Positions 10,121 through 19,814 of a stretch of 64,000 nucleotides of DNA are shown here, one piece after another. Within the stretch, counting starts at the first letter, position 1. Every line of letters begins with the position of its first letter. A model generated the notes under the pieces. It saw only the letters and a list, made by a program, of their open reading frames with translations, ran no database searches and was not told the origin of the DNA. The translations under genes and the position numbers were made by a program. Origin of the DNA: Dehalococcoidia bacterium (GTDB lineage: Bacteria > Chloroflexota > Dehalococcoidia > UBA6926); contig CBDBNN010000001.1 in assembly GCA_965207895.1 (NCBI GenBank), positions 182,312-246,311 of the forward strand, read 5' to 3'.

Positions 10121-11473
10121 ATGACCACTACAAACCCGCTCGAAACATACGTCACGGATTTCGCGGACGCCGCCCGGGACTACCAGGCCGCGCGCGCAGG
10201 CAGAGACCCCGAATGGATAGCAGACATCCGCGCCGAGGCGTTGGACAGCTTCCAGAAACTGGGCCTCCCCATCACCCGCCGCGGCAACGAAGAGTACAAA
10301 TACACGGATATCCGTCCCCTCGTCCGACAAGGATTCTCACCGATCCAGGTCATCGACCGCGACAATGCGGTTGCGGCATCCGATGCCGACCTCGATGCGC
10401 TCCAAATCGGTCCATCGGATTGGCATCGGGTTGTTATTGTCGACGGCCGACTCGCCCCTGAGCTTTCATCAGCTCCGGACAGCTTGTCGGACGGAGTCGT
10501 CGTCAGCAGCCTTGCAGAGGGTGTGCATTCCGACGGTGATGCCGTCCGTGCCCATCTGGCCCGCCTTGCAGACTACACGGAACACGGCTTTACGGCGCTC
10601 AACACTGCCCTCGCCGCCGAAGGCGCGCTTATCCTGATCCGGCGCATGGCTACCGTTGAACAGCCCATCCAGGTTGTATACGTCTCCACGGAGCAGACGA
10701 GCGGAACGGCCTCCATGCCCCGTACCCTGGTCGTCGCCGGAGAGGACAGTTCCGCAGCAATTGTGGAAACGCATGTCTCAATGGCTGACGACGCGCACCT
10801 CACGAACGCCGTCACTGAAATCGTCGTTGGCGCCGGGGCGAATATCTCCTACTGCAAGATCCAGCAGGAGAGCGAGGCCACCTACAACGTTTCAACCACG
10901 CTGGTTGAGGTCAACGAAAACGCGAATTTCCGTTCAATGGCCATTGACATCGGCGGACGCCTTACCCGCAACAACCTGACCATCATCATGGCCGGCGAAG
11001 GAGGCAATAGCGATGTCCGAGGCGCATACGTCATCTCCCGTGATCAGCACGTGGACAATCAGGTCATCGTCGACCACGTGGTTGGTCATAACGATATGAA
11101 CGAGATTTACAAGGGAATCCTGGACGGGCACGCTCGCTCCGTCTTTCACGGCAGCATCATTGTCCGTCCAAACGCCGCCAAAGTGAACGCCATGCAGGTA
11201 GACAAGAACCTGTTGCTGTCCAATGACGCGGAGGCGGACACCAAGCCTGCTTTTTGGATTTATTGCGATGACGTCCGCTGTGGACACGGCGCGGCCTGCG
11301 GCAATCTTGACGAGGATGCGATGTTCTACCTCCGGAGCCGCGGCATCGAGGAAGAAGAAGCACGGATGATGCTCATTCGAGCCTTCGTCTCCGAGGTCGT
11401 GGATGCCATCCAGGAGCCCTCCATTCACGACCACGTGGCCGCGCTCATCGCCACGAAACTGGATAATCTTTAG
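10121..11473 (+). CDS. sufD: Fe-S cluster assembly protein SufD
   Basis: 450 aa with the SufD beta-helix C-terminus (NNLTIIMAGEGGNSDVRGAYV...FWIYCDDVRCGHGAACG). Immediately follows sufB, with no sufC between. Confidence 0.85.
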   Translation: MTTTNPLETYVTDFADAARDYQAARAGRDPEWIADIRAEALDSFQKLGLPITRRGNEEYKYTDIRPLVRQGFSPIQVIDRDNAVAASDADLDALQIGPSDWHRVVIVDGRLAPELSSAPDSLSDGVVVSSLAEGVHSDGDAVRAHLARLADYTEHGFTALNTALAAEGALILIRRMATVEQPIQVVYVSTEQTSGTASMPRTLVVAGEDSSAAIVETHVSMADDAHLTNAVTEIVVGAGANISYCKIQQESEATYNVSTTLVEVNENANFRSMAIDIGGRLTRNNLTIIMAGEGGNSDVRGAYVISRDQHVDNQVIVDHVVGHNDMNEIYKGILDGHARSVFHGSIIVRPNAAKVNAMQVDKNLLLSNDAEADTKPAFWIYCDDVRCGHGAACGNLDEDAMFYLRSRGIEEEEARMMLIRAFVSEVVDAIQEPSIHDHVAALIATKLDNL

Positions 11474-11547
11474 ACAGGAATTTGTACTGTTGTGGATGAT
11501 GTAGAGGGGACGGAAGCAAGCCGTCCCGCTAGAGGAGTGGAGGTGCA

Positions 11548-12696
11548 ATGACCACAGATTCTGCGCCGCTCCGTATTGCCGTCATCGGGTCAACAGGCTC
11601 GCTCGGCCAGATTGTTCTTTCCGTCGCTCGCTCACTTGGTGACAACGTCCGCATCGTAGGCCTCGCGGCAGGCTCAAATCTTGAGCGCCTTGCCGAACAG
11701 ATCCAGGAATACCACCCGACCCTGGCCGGTTTTGCACGTGGACGATGGCGCGACGATGTCCCGGAGGGCGTGGAATTCAAGTCCATCAATGACATCGTCA
11801 CCTCACCGGACGTTGACATGGTAATCATCGCGAACGTGGGGCGCGCAAGCCTGGAAGCTGCGTGGGCGGCCATTGACGCGGGTAAGCGCGTCGCTATGGG
11901 CAACATCGACACACTCTATATCGCCGGCGCACTACTCACTCGCCGCGCCAAAGAGACCGGCGCAACCATCTTTCCCCTTGATGACGAACCCATCGGTGTC
12001 TGGCAAACGCTGTGGGGAGAAAGCTCAGAGTCCGTCCGGCAGGTCACCATGACGTCAACGTGGGGCACCGTGCAGGCGCGCCGCCTCCCCCGCCACGGCA
12101 CGCAGATGCCGGCCGGCATGGAGGCGCCCCGGCCCGCTCGCGCAGTGGGACGAAAGCGCTCGATTGACGCCTCAACCCTCATGGTCAAGGCAACGCAGGT
12201 GGCGGTTGTCAACGCCCTTTATGACATCCCTCTGGAAAACATCAATGTCCTCTTCCATCCCCAGGGCCTCGTCCGCGCGCTGACCGAATTCAAGGACGGA
12301 TCGGTCAAGTCTGCCCTCTTCATCCCGGACATGCGCGTCCCCGTCCAGCTCTCTTTGGCGTACCCAAACCGATGGGCGAACGCGGAGATCAACCGTGTGG
12401 ACCTGCTCGCAGAGGGCCGCCTCTCTTTTGAGCCGCTGGAACATGAGCTTTTCCCCTGCTATCAGATCGCTATCGAGGCGGCGCGACAGGGCGACACATA
12501 TCCGGCGGTTGTGGCCGCAGCCAATGACGCCGCAATCGAGCTATTCATTTCTCAGCAGATCGGCCTCACAGATATTCCCAAGATCATTGATCGCGCCGCG
12601 AACGCCCATCGCCCGCAGCCCCTCGATGACCGCGCGAGCATCATTGAAGCAATGGACTGGGCCAAGACGTACGTCGGCGGCCAGGTACAGGACTGA
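11548..12696 (+). CDS. DXR-like protein (1-deoxy-D-xylulose-5-phosphate reductoisomerase family, catalytic motifs divergent)
   Basis: IAVIGSTGSLG N-terminus, the ...GRKRSIDASTLMVKA... segment and FPCYQIAIEAARQG...AANDAAIELFISQQIGLTDI all parallel Dxr. The conserved NKES, DSEH and SGGPF-type motifs are replaced. Confidence 0.65.
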   Translation: MTTDSAPLRIAVIGSTGSLGQIVLSVARSLGDNVRIVGLAAGSNLERLAEQIQEYHPTLAGFARGRWRDDVPEGVEFKSINDIVTSPDVDMVIIANVGRASLEAAWAAIDAGKRVAMGNIDTLYIAGALLTRRAKETGATIFPLDDEPIGVWQTLWGESSESVRQVTMTSTWGTVQARRLPRHGTQMPAGMEAPRPARAVGRKRSIDASTLMVKATQVAVVNALYDIPLENINVLFHPQGLVRALTEFKDGSVKSALFIPDMRVPVQLSLAYPNRWANAEINRVDLLAEGRLSFEPLEHELFPCYQIAIEAARQGDTYPAVVAAANDAAIELFISQQIGLTDIPKIIDRAANAHRPQPLDDRASIIEAMDWAKTYVGGQVQD

Positions 12697-12756
12697 TTGT
12701 CGAACCGCAGCCGTTTTCATCCGGAAACTATCACTGACCAAACTGCCGGAGGACGA

Positions 12757-14607
12757 ATGAAACCTTGGCGAGCCATTACGGTCGCCCTACTCGCCGTGGC
12801 ACTCGCTGCCGCGTCAATCGCGTGCGAAGACGAAGAGGAGACCCAACCCACGGTTCAGCCGGTCCCGACCCCGGTTCTCTCAATACCCACCGCCACTCCC
12901 CCAACGGCCACGCCCACTCCACCCACCGCTACTCCTGTACCGTCGCCGACGCACACGCCCGATATCATCACACCTACTCCGCAGCCTGAGCAGGAAGTCT
13001 TGACTATCCTCTATTGGCAAGCTCCAACCCTGCCGTTCCCCTACCAATCGTCAGGCAGCAAGGATCGCGACGCCGGGGCGATAGTGCTTGAGTCTCTCGC
13101 TGTCATAGACCCCGATGGCAACGTCGTCCCGAAAATCGCCGCGGAGATTCCCTCTCGTGAGAACGGGGGCATCTCGGAAGACGGCCTCACTATCACGTGG
13201 AGGTTGCGTGAGAATCTCACTTGGTCGGACGGCAGCCCGCTAACCGCCAATGACGTCGTCTTTACCTGGCGTTACTGCACAACCGACGAGATCGGCTGCC
13301 TCGCCCTCAACACATTCGAGCGGTTTATGTCCGTTACAGCACTAAATGATCGCGAAGTTCTGCTCACGCTCGATAAAGCGGAGCCTCGCCCTGAGCTGCT
13401 GCTGGCCGGCACAGACGTGCCTATCATCAGTGAGGCCCAATTCGCAGAGTGCCTCGCCGGAGACCCACCCAACTGCGATGACGAACATCTCATGCCCATC
13501 GGGTCAGGCCCCTACCGCGTCGTCGAGACTATCCCAAATGAGCGTATCGTCTATGAGCGCAATCCTCACTATTGGGGCGGCATACCGCATTTCGACCGCG
13601 TTGACCTGATAGGCGGCGGTGACGCAGAGTCAAACGCGCAAGCCGCTCTCGTCGAAGGAACGGCGGACTACGCCTGGAACCTGCAGGTAACTCCGGATGA
13701 CTTGAATGAATGGCAGGCTAATGGGATCGGCGAAGTCATCACGGCCTTTGCCAGTGATGTTGAACGCATTGTCGTCAATCAAACGAATCCTCACACGGAG
13801 AATGAAGAGCATCGCTCAGAGTACCTGGGTGGCGACAATCCTCATCCATACCTGACAGTCACGGCCATTCGACAGGCCATGTCCATGGCCATCGACCGGC
13901 AACGCATCGTCGACGATTTCTACGGCTCTGCGGGCGTGGCAACGTGCAATCTCGTAGCTGCGCCGGCGCGGTTTGTCTCCGACCTCAACGACGGCTGTCT
14001 CACGCAGGACATCGAGGGCGCAAAGGCCCTGCTCGACGAGAATGGCGTCGTCGATACTGACGGTGACGGCGTCCGCGAATACAAAGGCGTGGCACTCACG
14101 CTCACCTACCAGACGACAGCCAATGCCGTTCGTGAGGGCACCTTCGCGTTGATCCAGGGCTGGTGGGCCGAAATCGGCATCGATGGCACACTGATCACGC
14201 ACGATGCCAGCATCTTCTTCGGTCCGGCCGAGCACACGGAGTCATACCGTCGCTTCCTGGCGGACGTCCAGATGTACACAACCGGCTCCGGCCTTGATCC
14301 CCAGGGCTATCTGTCTTCATACCAATGCAACCATATCCAGTCTCGCGAGAATATGTGGGCCGAAGACAACAACGCCCGCGTATGCAGCCAGGCCTACGAC
14401 TGGGTTTTCAGCCAACTGGAAGCTGCCGGCAGCGAAACGGAGCGGGAAGCCGCAATTCGCGCTCTCAACGATGCCATCGTGGTCAACGCCTACGAGATCC
14501 CCCTCGTGCTTCGCGGCTTTGTCTCTGCAAAGGCAATCGACTTGCACGGTGTTCGCATGAATGCGTGGGACAGTGAGCTCTGGAACATCGCAGAGTGGCA
14601 TCGCTAG
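12757..14607 (+). CDS. ABC transporter substrate-binding lipoprotein (family 5, peptide/nickel-type)
   Basis: The ATG at 12757 is preceded by GGAGGA. Lipoprotein signal MKPWRAITVALLAVALAAASIAC, a Thr/Pro-rich linker, then an SBP_bac_5-like body. Confidence 0.75.
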   Translation: MKPWRAITVALLAVALAAASIACEDEEETQPTVQPVPTPVLSIPTATPPTATPTPPTATPVPSPTHTPDIITPTPQPEQEVLTILYWQAPTLPFPYQSSGSKDRDAGAIVLESLAVIDPDGNVVPKIAAEIPSRENGGISEDGLTITWRLRENLTWSDGSPLTANDVVFTWRYCTTDEIGCLALNTFERFMSVTALNDREVLLTLDKAEPRPELLLAGTDVPIISEAQFAECLAGDPPNCDDEHLMPIGSGPYRVVETIPNERIVYERNPHYWGGIPHFDRVDLIGGGDAESNAQAALVEGTADYAWNLQVTPDDLNEWQANGIGEVITAFASDVERIVVNQTNPHTENEEHRSEYLGGDNPHPYLTVTAIRQAMSMAIDRQRIVDDFYGSAGVATCNLVAAPARFVSDLNDGCLTQDIEGAKALLDENGVVDTDGDGVREYKGVALTLTYQTTANAVREGTFALIQGWWAEIGIDGTLITHDASIFFGPAEHTESYRRFLADVQMYTTGSGLDPQGYLSSYQCNHIQSRENMWAEDNNARVCSQAYDWVFSQLEAAGSETEREAAIRALNDAIVVNAYEIPLVLRGFVSAKAIDLHGVRMNAWDSELWNIAEWHR

Positions 14608-14631
14608 TCGACCGGCTGCATACCGGCAGGA

Positions 14632-15282
14632 ATGTATTACTACGATCTCCATTCCCACTCCGTCGCCTCTGACGACTCCCGCGCAACGGTGGAACAGTAC
14701 CTGAAATGGATAGGTACGCTCAGGAAGCGCGGCATGCAAGTGGACGGAATTGTCCTGACCGAGCACCGTCAATTCTCCCTTGATAAGGATTATTCGGCGT
14801 TGGCTCAGCAGTTCGGCGTCACGATTCTCAAGGGCGCGGAACTGGATACACGCCATGGGCACTTCCTCCTCTATGGCGTCTCCGAAAAACTGGCTGAGGA
14901 AGTCGACCCCTTAGACCTAAAGATGGACTCTATCCGCCTGATGGAGACCGCGGAGAAGCACGGCGCAATCGCCATTCCCGCCCATCCCGGACGCGCCGGC
15001 ATCGGCCTGGTCTCATGGATGGCAGATGGCATCGAGTTCCCCCAGGTCGACATCGTCGAGCGCTTGAACGGCGGCAATCGTCCGGAGGAGGCCGAGGCGG
15101 CCGAGAAATTGGTCGCCGAAAAAGGCTACTCTGGTATTGGCGGCAGCGATGCCCACTTTGTCAGTGCGATCGCGCGCTGCCTGACCGCCTTTGGCGCGCC
15201 GATCTCTTCTGAGGCGGAGCTTGTTGAAGCGTTGCGGTCCAAAGAATTTGCTGCTGTTAGGCTTGAAGAAACACAGCAATGA
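14632..15282 (+). CDS. PHP-domain metal-dependent phosphoesterase
   Basis: YYDLHSHSVASDD at the N-terminus is the PHP HxH motif, and GIGGSDAHF lies near the C-terminus. Confidence 0.7.
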   Translation: MYYYDLHSHSVASDDSRATVEQYLKWIGTLRKRGMQVDGIVLTEHRQFSLDKDYSALAQQFGVTILKGAELDTRHGHFLLYGVSEKLAEEVDPLDLKMDSIRLMETAEKHGAIAIPAHPGRAGIGLVSWMADGIEFPQVDIVERLNGGNRPEEAEAAEKLVAEKGYSGIGGSDAHFVSAIARCLTAFGAPISSEAELVEALRSKEFAAVRLEETQQ

Positions 15283-15309
15283 ACTCTTGAGGGGAACAGG
15301 GGAAAGCGG

Positions 15310-15813
15310 ATGACAACAAACCAGGGGGACGGCGGAGATACCGCTGCCCCGCAGATCACTTTCAACGAGGCCATTCTGCACGTTGAACAGATGACGGGGG
15401 TGATTGAACTGACGCAGGAGCTGGTCGACCGCTATGTCGAACTGACCGGCATCCCGAAGATCGAAGTCGGGGATGATGGACGACAAGAGGCCCCCATGGC
15501 CATGCTCAACGTCTTTTTCACTCGCAACCAGGAACGGGGCGCGGATGTCAAGCTGGAAGGCGCAACCGTTGGCCTCAACGCCGGCCGCGCCATTGAACTC
15601 CACACCCCCATTTACGTTGGCGACAAGCTGACTCGATACGCCGTCCTTCAAGACGTTTATTCGAAGACGGGCCGATCCGGAACGATGGCCTTTGAAGTCT
15701 GGGAAATCCTCTTCCGCAATGACGCCGGCGAGCTCATCGCCCGCGCCCGTGACTCCATGGTATTTCGTGCGCCCGGCGTTCCTCCGGCGAAGGACGGGGA
15801 GGCACAATCATGA
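15310..15813 (+). CDS. Hotdog-fold protein (MaoC-N / FAS1-like dehydratase N-terminal type)
   Basis: 167 aa. Size and pairing with the downstream MaoC-like gene suggest a hotdog pair. The genes overlap by 4 nt. Confidence 0.55.
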   Translation: MTTNQGDGGDTAAPQITFNEAILHVEQMTGVIELTQELVDRYVELTGIPKIEVGDDGRQEAPMAMLNVFFTRNQERGADVKLEGATVGLNAGRAIELHTPIYVGDKLTRYAVLQDVYSKTGRSGTMAFEVWEILFRNDAGELIARARDSMVFRAPGVPPAKDGEAQS

Positions 15814-16265
15814 CGGAGATACAGGTGCACGCGGACATTGGTGACGAGGTCCCACCCATCGAATGGACACCTCACACTTCATGGGTCAAAGAGATGATGG
15901 CCCTCTCCGGCTGGATCAATGACAACGAAGCCGAGCGAGGCTCCATGACCGGCCTCAACCGGTTCACAGACGAAGAGGCCGCCCGCAGCGAGGGCTTCAA
16001 CAGCATGATCGTGCCCGGCAACCTCGGCATGACCGCTATGGAAACTGCCCTTCAACGTTGGCTGCCCACCGGACGCATCGAAAAACTTGATTGCGTCTTC
16101 CGCATGCCGGTCAACCAGGGCGAGACCTACACCGCCACCGGCGTCGTCACAGACCGCCACGACGAGCCGGATCGCGTCATCCTTGAAATCGACGTGTACC
16201 TGCTGCGTGCGGATAATCTACGTCCGCAAGGCGGCACTGCGGTCGTTACTATCGCCACAGGATGA
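15810..16265 (+). CDS. MaoC-like (R)-specific enoyl-CoA hydratase / dehydratase hotdog protein
   Basis: 151 aa with a MaoC dehydratase-like core (...SMIVPGNLGMTAMETAL...). Confidence 0.65.
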   Translation: MTEIQVHADIGDEVPPIEWTPHTSWVKEMMALSGWINDNEAERGSMTGLNRFTDEEAARSEGFNSMIVPGNLGMTAMETALQRWLPTGRIEKLDCVFRMPVNQGETYTATGVVTDRHDEPDRVILEIDVYLLRADNLRPQGGTAVVTIATG

Positions 16266-16326
16266 ACAGGAATCAACTGACGATCCCCTGCCCTATGTAA
16301 AGCGGATCCAACAAGGAGGAGCCAGG

Positions 16327-16857
16327 ATGGCAATCTACTCAATAAACGGCAAGACGCCTGAGATTCACCCGACAGCCTTCATCGCGCCGTCGGCGAGCGT
16401 CATCGGCGATGTGGTGATCGGACCGAACGTCAGCGTATGGTTCAACGCCACCCTGCGTGGCGATTCCGGCCGCATCACGGTTGGTGAGAACACGAACATC
16501 CAGGACGGCGCGGTGCTCCATGAGGAAACGACCATCGGCGCAAACTGCGTCATAGCCCACATGACCCTTGTCCATCACGTGAAGACCGGCGACAACGTCC
16601 TGATTGCCAACGGCGCGAAGTGCGTCGGCGCGCCCGGCCCTGCGGAGATTGAGATTGGTGAAGGAGCAATCGTCGGCGCAGGTTCTCTGGTCACCCCCGG
16701 CACGAAGATCGAGCCAAATACTCTTGTGATGGGCAGCCCGGCCAAGCCCGCCCGTGAGGTCGATGAGCGCCTGCGCGGTGTACAGCAGGGCCCCTTGCAG
16801 GGTTACCTCAAGAGCAAGGACGACTACAAAGGCGACTCATTCCAGCAGGTGGGCTAA
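16327..16857 (+). CDS. Gamma-carbonic-anhydrase-like / hexapeptide-repeat protein (PaaY/CaiE/YrdA family)
   Basis: MAIYSINGKTPEIHPTAFIAPSASVIGDVVIGPNVSVWFNATLRGD is the left-handed beta-helix signature. The start was moved to the internal ATG at 16327, since the long track ORF overlaps the MaoC gene. Confidence 0.8.
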   Translation: MAIYSINGKTPEIHPTAFIAPSASVIGDVVIGPNVSVWFNATLRGDSGRITVGENTNIQDGAVLHEETTIGANCVIAHMTLVHHVKTGDNVLIANGAKCVGAPGPAEIEIGEGAIVGAGSLVTPGTKIEPNTLVMGSPAKPAREVDERLRGVQQGPLQGYLKSKDDYKGDSFQQVG

Positions 16858-16895
16858 CCTGCCCTCCTCTCCCTCAGGCAGGGGGTTGCAGAGGG

Positions 16896-17312
16896 TTAAG
16901 GTGAGGACTCCAGTCCCCTCCGATACAGATAATCCGTCACGGCCAGGATCGCGTTATACACATACGCGATGTACTCATGGAGCGGCAGATCGAGCGGTCG
17001 AATCTCCTCCCGACGATCCGCATACTCCTGCGCGCCCAGTGTTTCAAAGGTGGCGCGGACAACCAGCTCATAGATCTCCCCGTCCGGGCAGACGACGATA
17101 GGCCCGCGATCCGGCGACTCCATCTCGCGAGGTTCCACTTCAATGGCCTCGAGCGGTGAATCGGGAAACACCGCCGGAAATCGCTCAATCTGATCAATGG
17201 CCGCCAGCAGCGTCTCGCGCAGATCTCCCACACTCCGCTGCAAGACGGAATCGCTACGCGCCCGCAGCGTCAACGGATCGATGCGCGGCGATGGCGGAGT
17301 ACCCTGCACCAT
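16896..17312 (-). CDS. Hypothetical protein
   Basis: 138-aa ORF with coding-like composition and no recognisable motif. Confidence 0.4.
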   Translation of the reverse strand: MVQGTPPSPRIDPLTLRARSDSVLQRSVGDLRETLLAAIDQIERFPAVFPDSPLEAIEVEPREMESPDRGPIVVCPDGEIYELVVRATFETLGAQEYADRREEIRPLDLPLHEYIAYVYNAILAVTDYLYRRGLESSP

Positions 17313-17459
17313 TCTCCCTCCGGTTACTCGACGTCTCTCTCAATCAATACCACACTACGAGCGTAGCACTGCGGCCCCTCTCCTCGCCTCCGCCTGTATT
17401 TGATTCTATGTTCGGTACGGCCATCCATCGCACCCATTTGTTCTGAGCCGGACACCGCA

Positions 17460-17491
17460 TGTCATTCTGAGCGCAACGAAGAATCCAAAGA
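17460..17491. repeat. Second copy of the intergenic about 30-nt motif (see 7614-7645)
   Basis: TGTCATTCTGAGCGCAACGAAGAATCCAAAGA. Confidence 0.5.
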
Positions 17492-17623
17492 TTCACTTTT
17501 GCAGCCACAGCTTAAGGGGCGGCCTGTCACTCTAGCGCCTCAATCCCGCCGCCGCTCCGTTCAGGATGACAGTTTGCGGCGCACTTATGAGGGCGTATCA
17601 TTGAAAGGTCAGCAGCTTGGCGC

Positions 17624-17695
17624 GGCAACGTAGCTCAGCGGCAGAGCGGGCGCTTCATAAGCGCTAGGTCACAGGTTCGAATCCTGTCGTTGCCA
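17624..17695 (+). tRNA. tRNA-Met (anticodon CAT; elongator-type or possibly tRNA-Ile2)
   Basis: Cloverleaf by hand: acceptor GGCAACG/CGTTGCC, D-stem GCTC/GAGC, anticodon stem GGCGC/GCGCT with loop TTCATAA, T-arm ACAGG-TTCGAAT-CCTGT, and G1-C72. Confidence 0.8.
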
Positions 17696-17742
17696 CCGGC
17701 CGCATTCATAGAGCGGCGCGCGTGCCGGAGGGTGGCAAACGG

Positions 17743-17819
17743 GGGCGGTTAGCTCAGCTGGTTAGAGCGCTTCCTTCACACGGAAGAGGTCACAGGTTCG
17801 AGTCCTGTATCGCCCACCA
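17743..17819 (+). tRNA. tRNA-Val (anticodon CAC)
   Basis: Acceptor GGGCGGT/ATCGCCC, D-arm GCTC-AGCTGGTTA-GAGC, anticodon stem CTTCC/GGAAG with loop TTCACAC, T-arm ACAGG-TTCGAGT-CCTGT, and an encoded CCA. Confidence 0.85.
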
Positions 17820-19396
17820 TTTTTGACGGTAGACAGAACCGAGCCGTTCAGGGCCATCTCCTCGGCGTTTCTCCCTCCTACCGGTCCATCCTGAGGCATG
17901 GGGATGGTGTACCGGAGGAGGGCGTTGTCGGGCATGACGACGATCTCCTTGACGAAAGACTCGATGAAGGCCCTGCGCTCGGTCAGTTCGCTCTCCTTCA
18001 GGAACTCGCTCATGTCCTGGGCATAGGTGGCGATGGTTTCCACGTCGTCCAAAACCTCCCTGCGCTGGGAGAGGATGGTCCTGGCCTCGGCCGCCGAGTC
18101 CTCAAGGCGCTGTTGACGCTCCCGGTGCTCCCTGATGCGTTCCGAGGCGTCGGCCATGTCGAGGTCGGTGTTCTCCACCAGGTGCCAGACGCGGCCCAGC
18201 TTGCGCTTGACCTCATCAAGCTCGGCCTCGATGGTCTCCAGCCGTTTGCGCTGCTCCGCTGCCACCCCGTCCATCTCCTCGTCCACGATCTTGACCAGTT
18301 CGGTGATGTTGGACTCGGTGAGGACGTTCTCCCGTATCCTCTCCACCACCATCTCCTCGAAGCGTCGTGCGTTGAGCCTGGGGGTCGTGCAAGCGTTCTT
18401 GCCCCGCTTCATGATGGACTGGCAGACGTAGTAGGCGAACTGGCCGCTCTTGGCGTCCTGGCCTGAGAGCGCCCTGTTGCAGGACTTGCACCTGACCAGC
18501 CCGCTGAGCAGGTAGGAGCTTCCCACCCTGCGAGGGTGCGTCCTCTTCGGCGCGCGGGAGCGCATGAGCCGCTTGACGCGGTTGAATTGGGCCTTGGAGA
18601 CGACGGCGGGGAACGCCTTCTCTATGCGTACGGGGTCGGACTTGACCTTCCCTGTAGTGCCCCAGAGCAGCGTGCCCGTGTAGACCTCGTTTCTGAGGAT
18701 GAAGTGGACGCCGTTCTTGGACCAGAGCTTGCCGGTGGCGCTGGCGATGCCCTCTGAGTTGAGTGTGCGGGTGATTTCGGTCATCCCGGTGGCCGACTCG
18801 GCCATGTCGAAGATGCGCTTGACGACGGGAGCAGTGTCAGGGTCGATCTCCAGTGTGGGCCGCTTCTTGGCTCCGTCCTGCACCATGACGCGGTTGTAGC
18901 CGTAGGGCGTCCTGCTGGCGACCCAGAAGCCTCTGGAAGCGGCCTCCCGCATCCCACGGCGAACCTCTTCCGCAAGATTTTCCGAGTAAAACTCATCGAC
19001 GGACTCGATGATGCCCTCAAGGAGCCTGCCTGTGGCGGTGTCGTCGGCCTGCTCGGTGATGGAGACGACGCGGACGCCCTTTCGCCTGAGCATGGACTTG
19101 AAGGCGACGGCGTGCTCGCGCTTTCTGGTGAATCTACTAAATTTCCAGACAAGGATTTCTCTAAACGGGGCCTCGGGCTTGGCGGCCTCGTCGATCATCT
19201 TGCGGAACTCCGGGCGGTCGGCGACGCGCCCGCTCTCGGCCTCGTCCACGTACTCGCGGACGACCACGTAGTCGTTCTTATGGGCGTATTCCCTGAGCGC
19301 CCGCAGCTGTGCGGCCACGGACAGGTCCACGTCCTGTCTGTCGCTGGAGACCCTGGCGTAGAGGGCCACGGGGGTGTAGTCGCTTCTATTGTTCAT
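17762..19396 (-). CDS. Large serine recombinase (resolvase/invertase-type integrase)
   Basis: ALYARVSSDRQD with the catalytic Ser, a recombinase domain, a zinc ribbon (CKSCNRALSG...YYVC) and a coiled-coil tail. The start is taken at the ATG at 19396, which follows AGGAGGAGG. The 3' end overlaps tRNA-Val by about 58 nt. Confidence 0.85.
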   Translation of the reverse strand: MNNRSDYTPVALYARVSSDRQDVDLSVAAQLRALREYAHKNDYVVVREYVDEAESGRVADRPEFRKMIDEAAKPEAPFREILVWKFSRFTRKREHAVAFKSMLRRKGVRVVSITEQADDTATGRLLEGIIESVDEFYSENLAEEVRRGMREAASRGFWVASRTPYGYNRVMVQDGAKKRPTLEIDPDTAPVVKRIFDMAESATGMTEITRTLNSEGIASATGKLWSKNGVHFILRNEVYTGTLLWGTTGKVKSDPVRIEKAFPAVVSKAQFNRVKRLMRSRAPKRTHPRRVGSSYLLSGLVRCKSCNRALSGQDAKSGQFAYYVCQSIMKRGKNACTTPRLNARRFEEMVVERIRENVLTESNITELVKIVDEEMDGVAAEQRKRLETIEAELDEVKRKLGRVWHLVENTDLDMADASERIREHRERQQRLEDSAAEARTILSQRREVLDDVETIATYAQDMSEFLKESELTERRAFIESFVKEIVVMPDNALLRYTIPMPQDGPVGGRNAEEMALNGSVLSTVKNGGRYRTRTCDLFRVKEAL

Positions 19397-19440
19397 CTGT
19401 GAGTCCTCCTCCTGTTTCCTGTCGTTCCCGTGGGCCACTA

Positions 19441-19800
19441 CTAGCCTGCAACACCCGGCATCGTCGTCATCGAACCCGTGTCTTCCCCAAGCGCGCTGAC
19501 CATTTCACGCGGAAGGATGCCCTCGATCTGTTCAGCCTCGGAACGCTCGGCGTGGTAGAGGTCCCAACGGAGTTGCAGGTTCATCCAAAAGCCGGGCGAA
19601 GTGCCGAAGAACCTAGAGAGCCTCAGGGCGGTGCTTGGCGTGACCCCCCGCTTCCCTCGGACGACTTCGTTGACCCTCTGATAGGGCACGTGAATGGCAT
19701 TGGACAGGTCGCGCTGAGTCATTCCGAGGGGCAGCAGGAACTCCGTCAGAAGCATCTCGCCCGGATGCGTAGGCTCTCGATCGGTGGGAATGCGTACCAT
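19441..19800 (-). CDS. higA: HigA-type antitoxin (HTH, XRE-like)
   Basis: MVRIPTDREPTHPGEMLLTEFLLPLGMTQRDLSNAIHVPYQRVNEVVRGKRGVTPSTALRLSRFFGTSPGFWMNLQ is the HigA/VapI signature. Starts 14 nt after the higB stop. Confidence 0.75.
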   Translation of the reverse strand: MVRIPTDREPTHPGEMLLTEFLLPLGMTQRDLSNAIHVPYQRVNEVVRGKRGVTPSTALRLSRFFGTSPGFWMNLQLRWDLYHAERSEAEQIEGILPREMVSALGEDTGSMTTMPGVAG

Positions 19801-19814
19801 GCTCATTCTCCTCT

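Noticed and set aside
14204-14862. ORFs antisense to or overlapping the SBP and PHP genes (for example 14317-14862 minus strand)
   Set aside because: Shadow ORFs. The retained genes have a lipoprotein signal and PHP motifs respectively.
16087-16326. 5' extension of the gamma-CA-like ORF
   Set aside because: It overlaps the MaoC gene and is Ser/Thr/Pro-rich nonsense. The internal ATG at 16327 gives a canonical protein start (MAIYSING).
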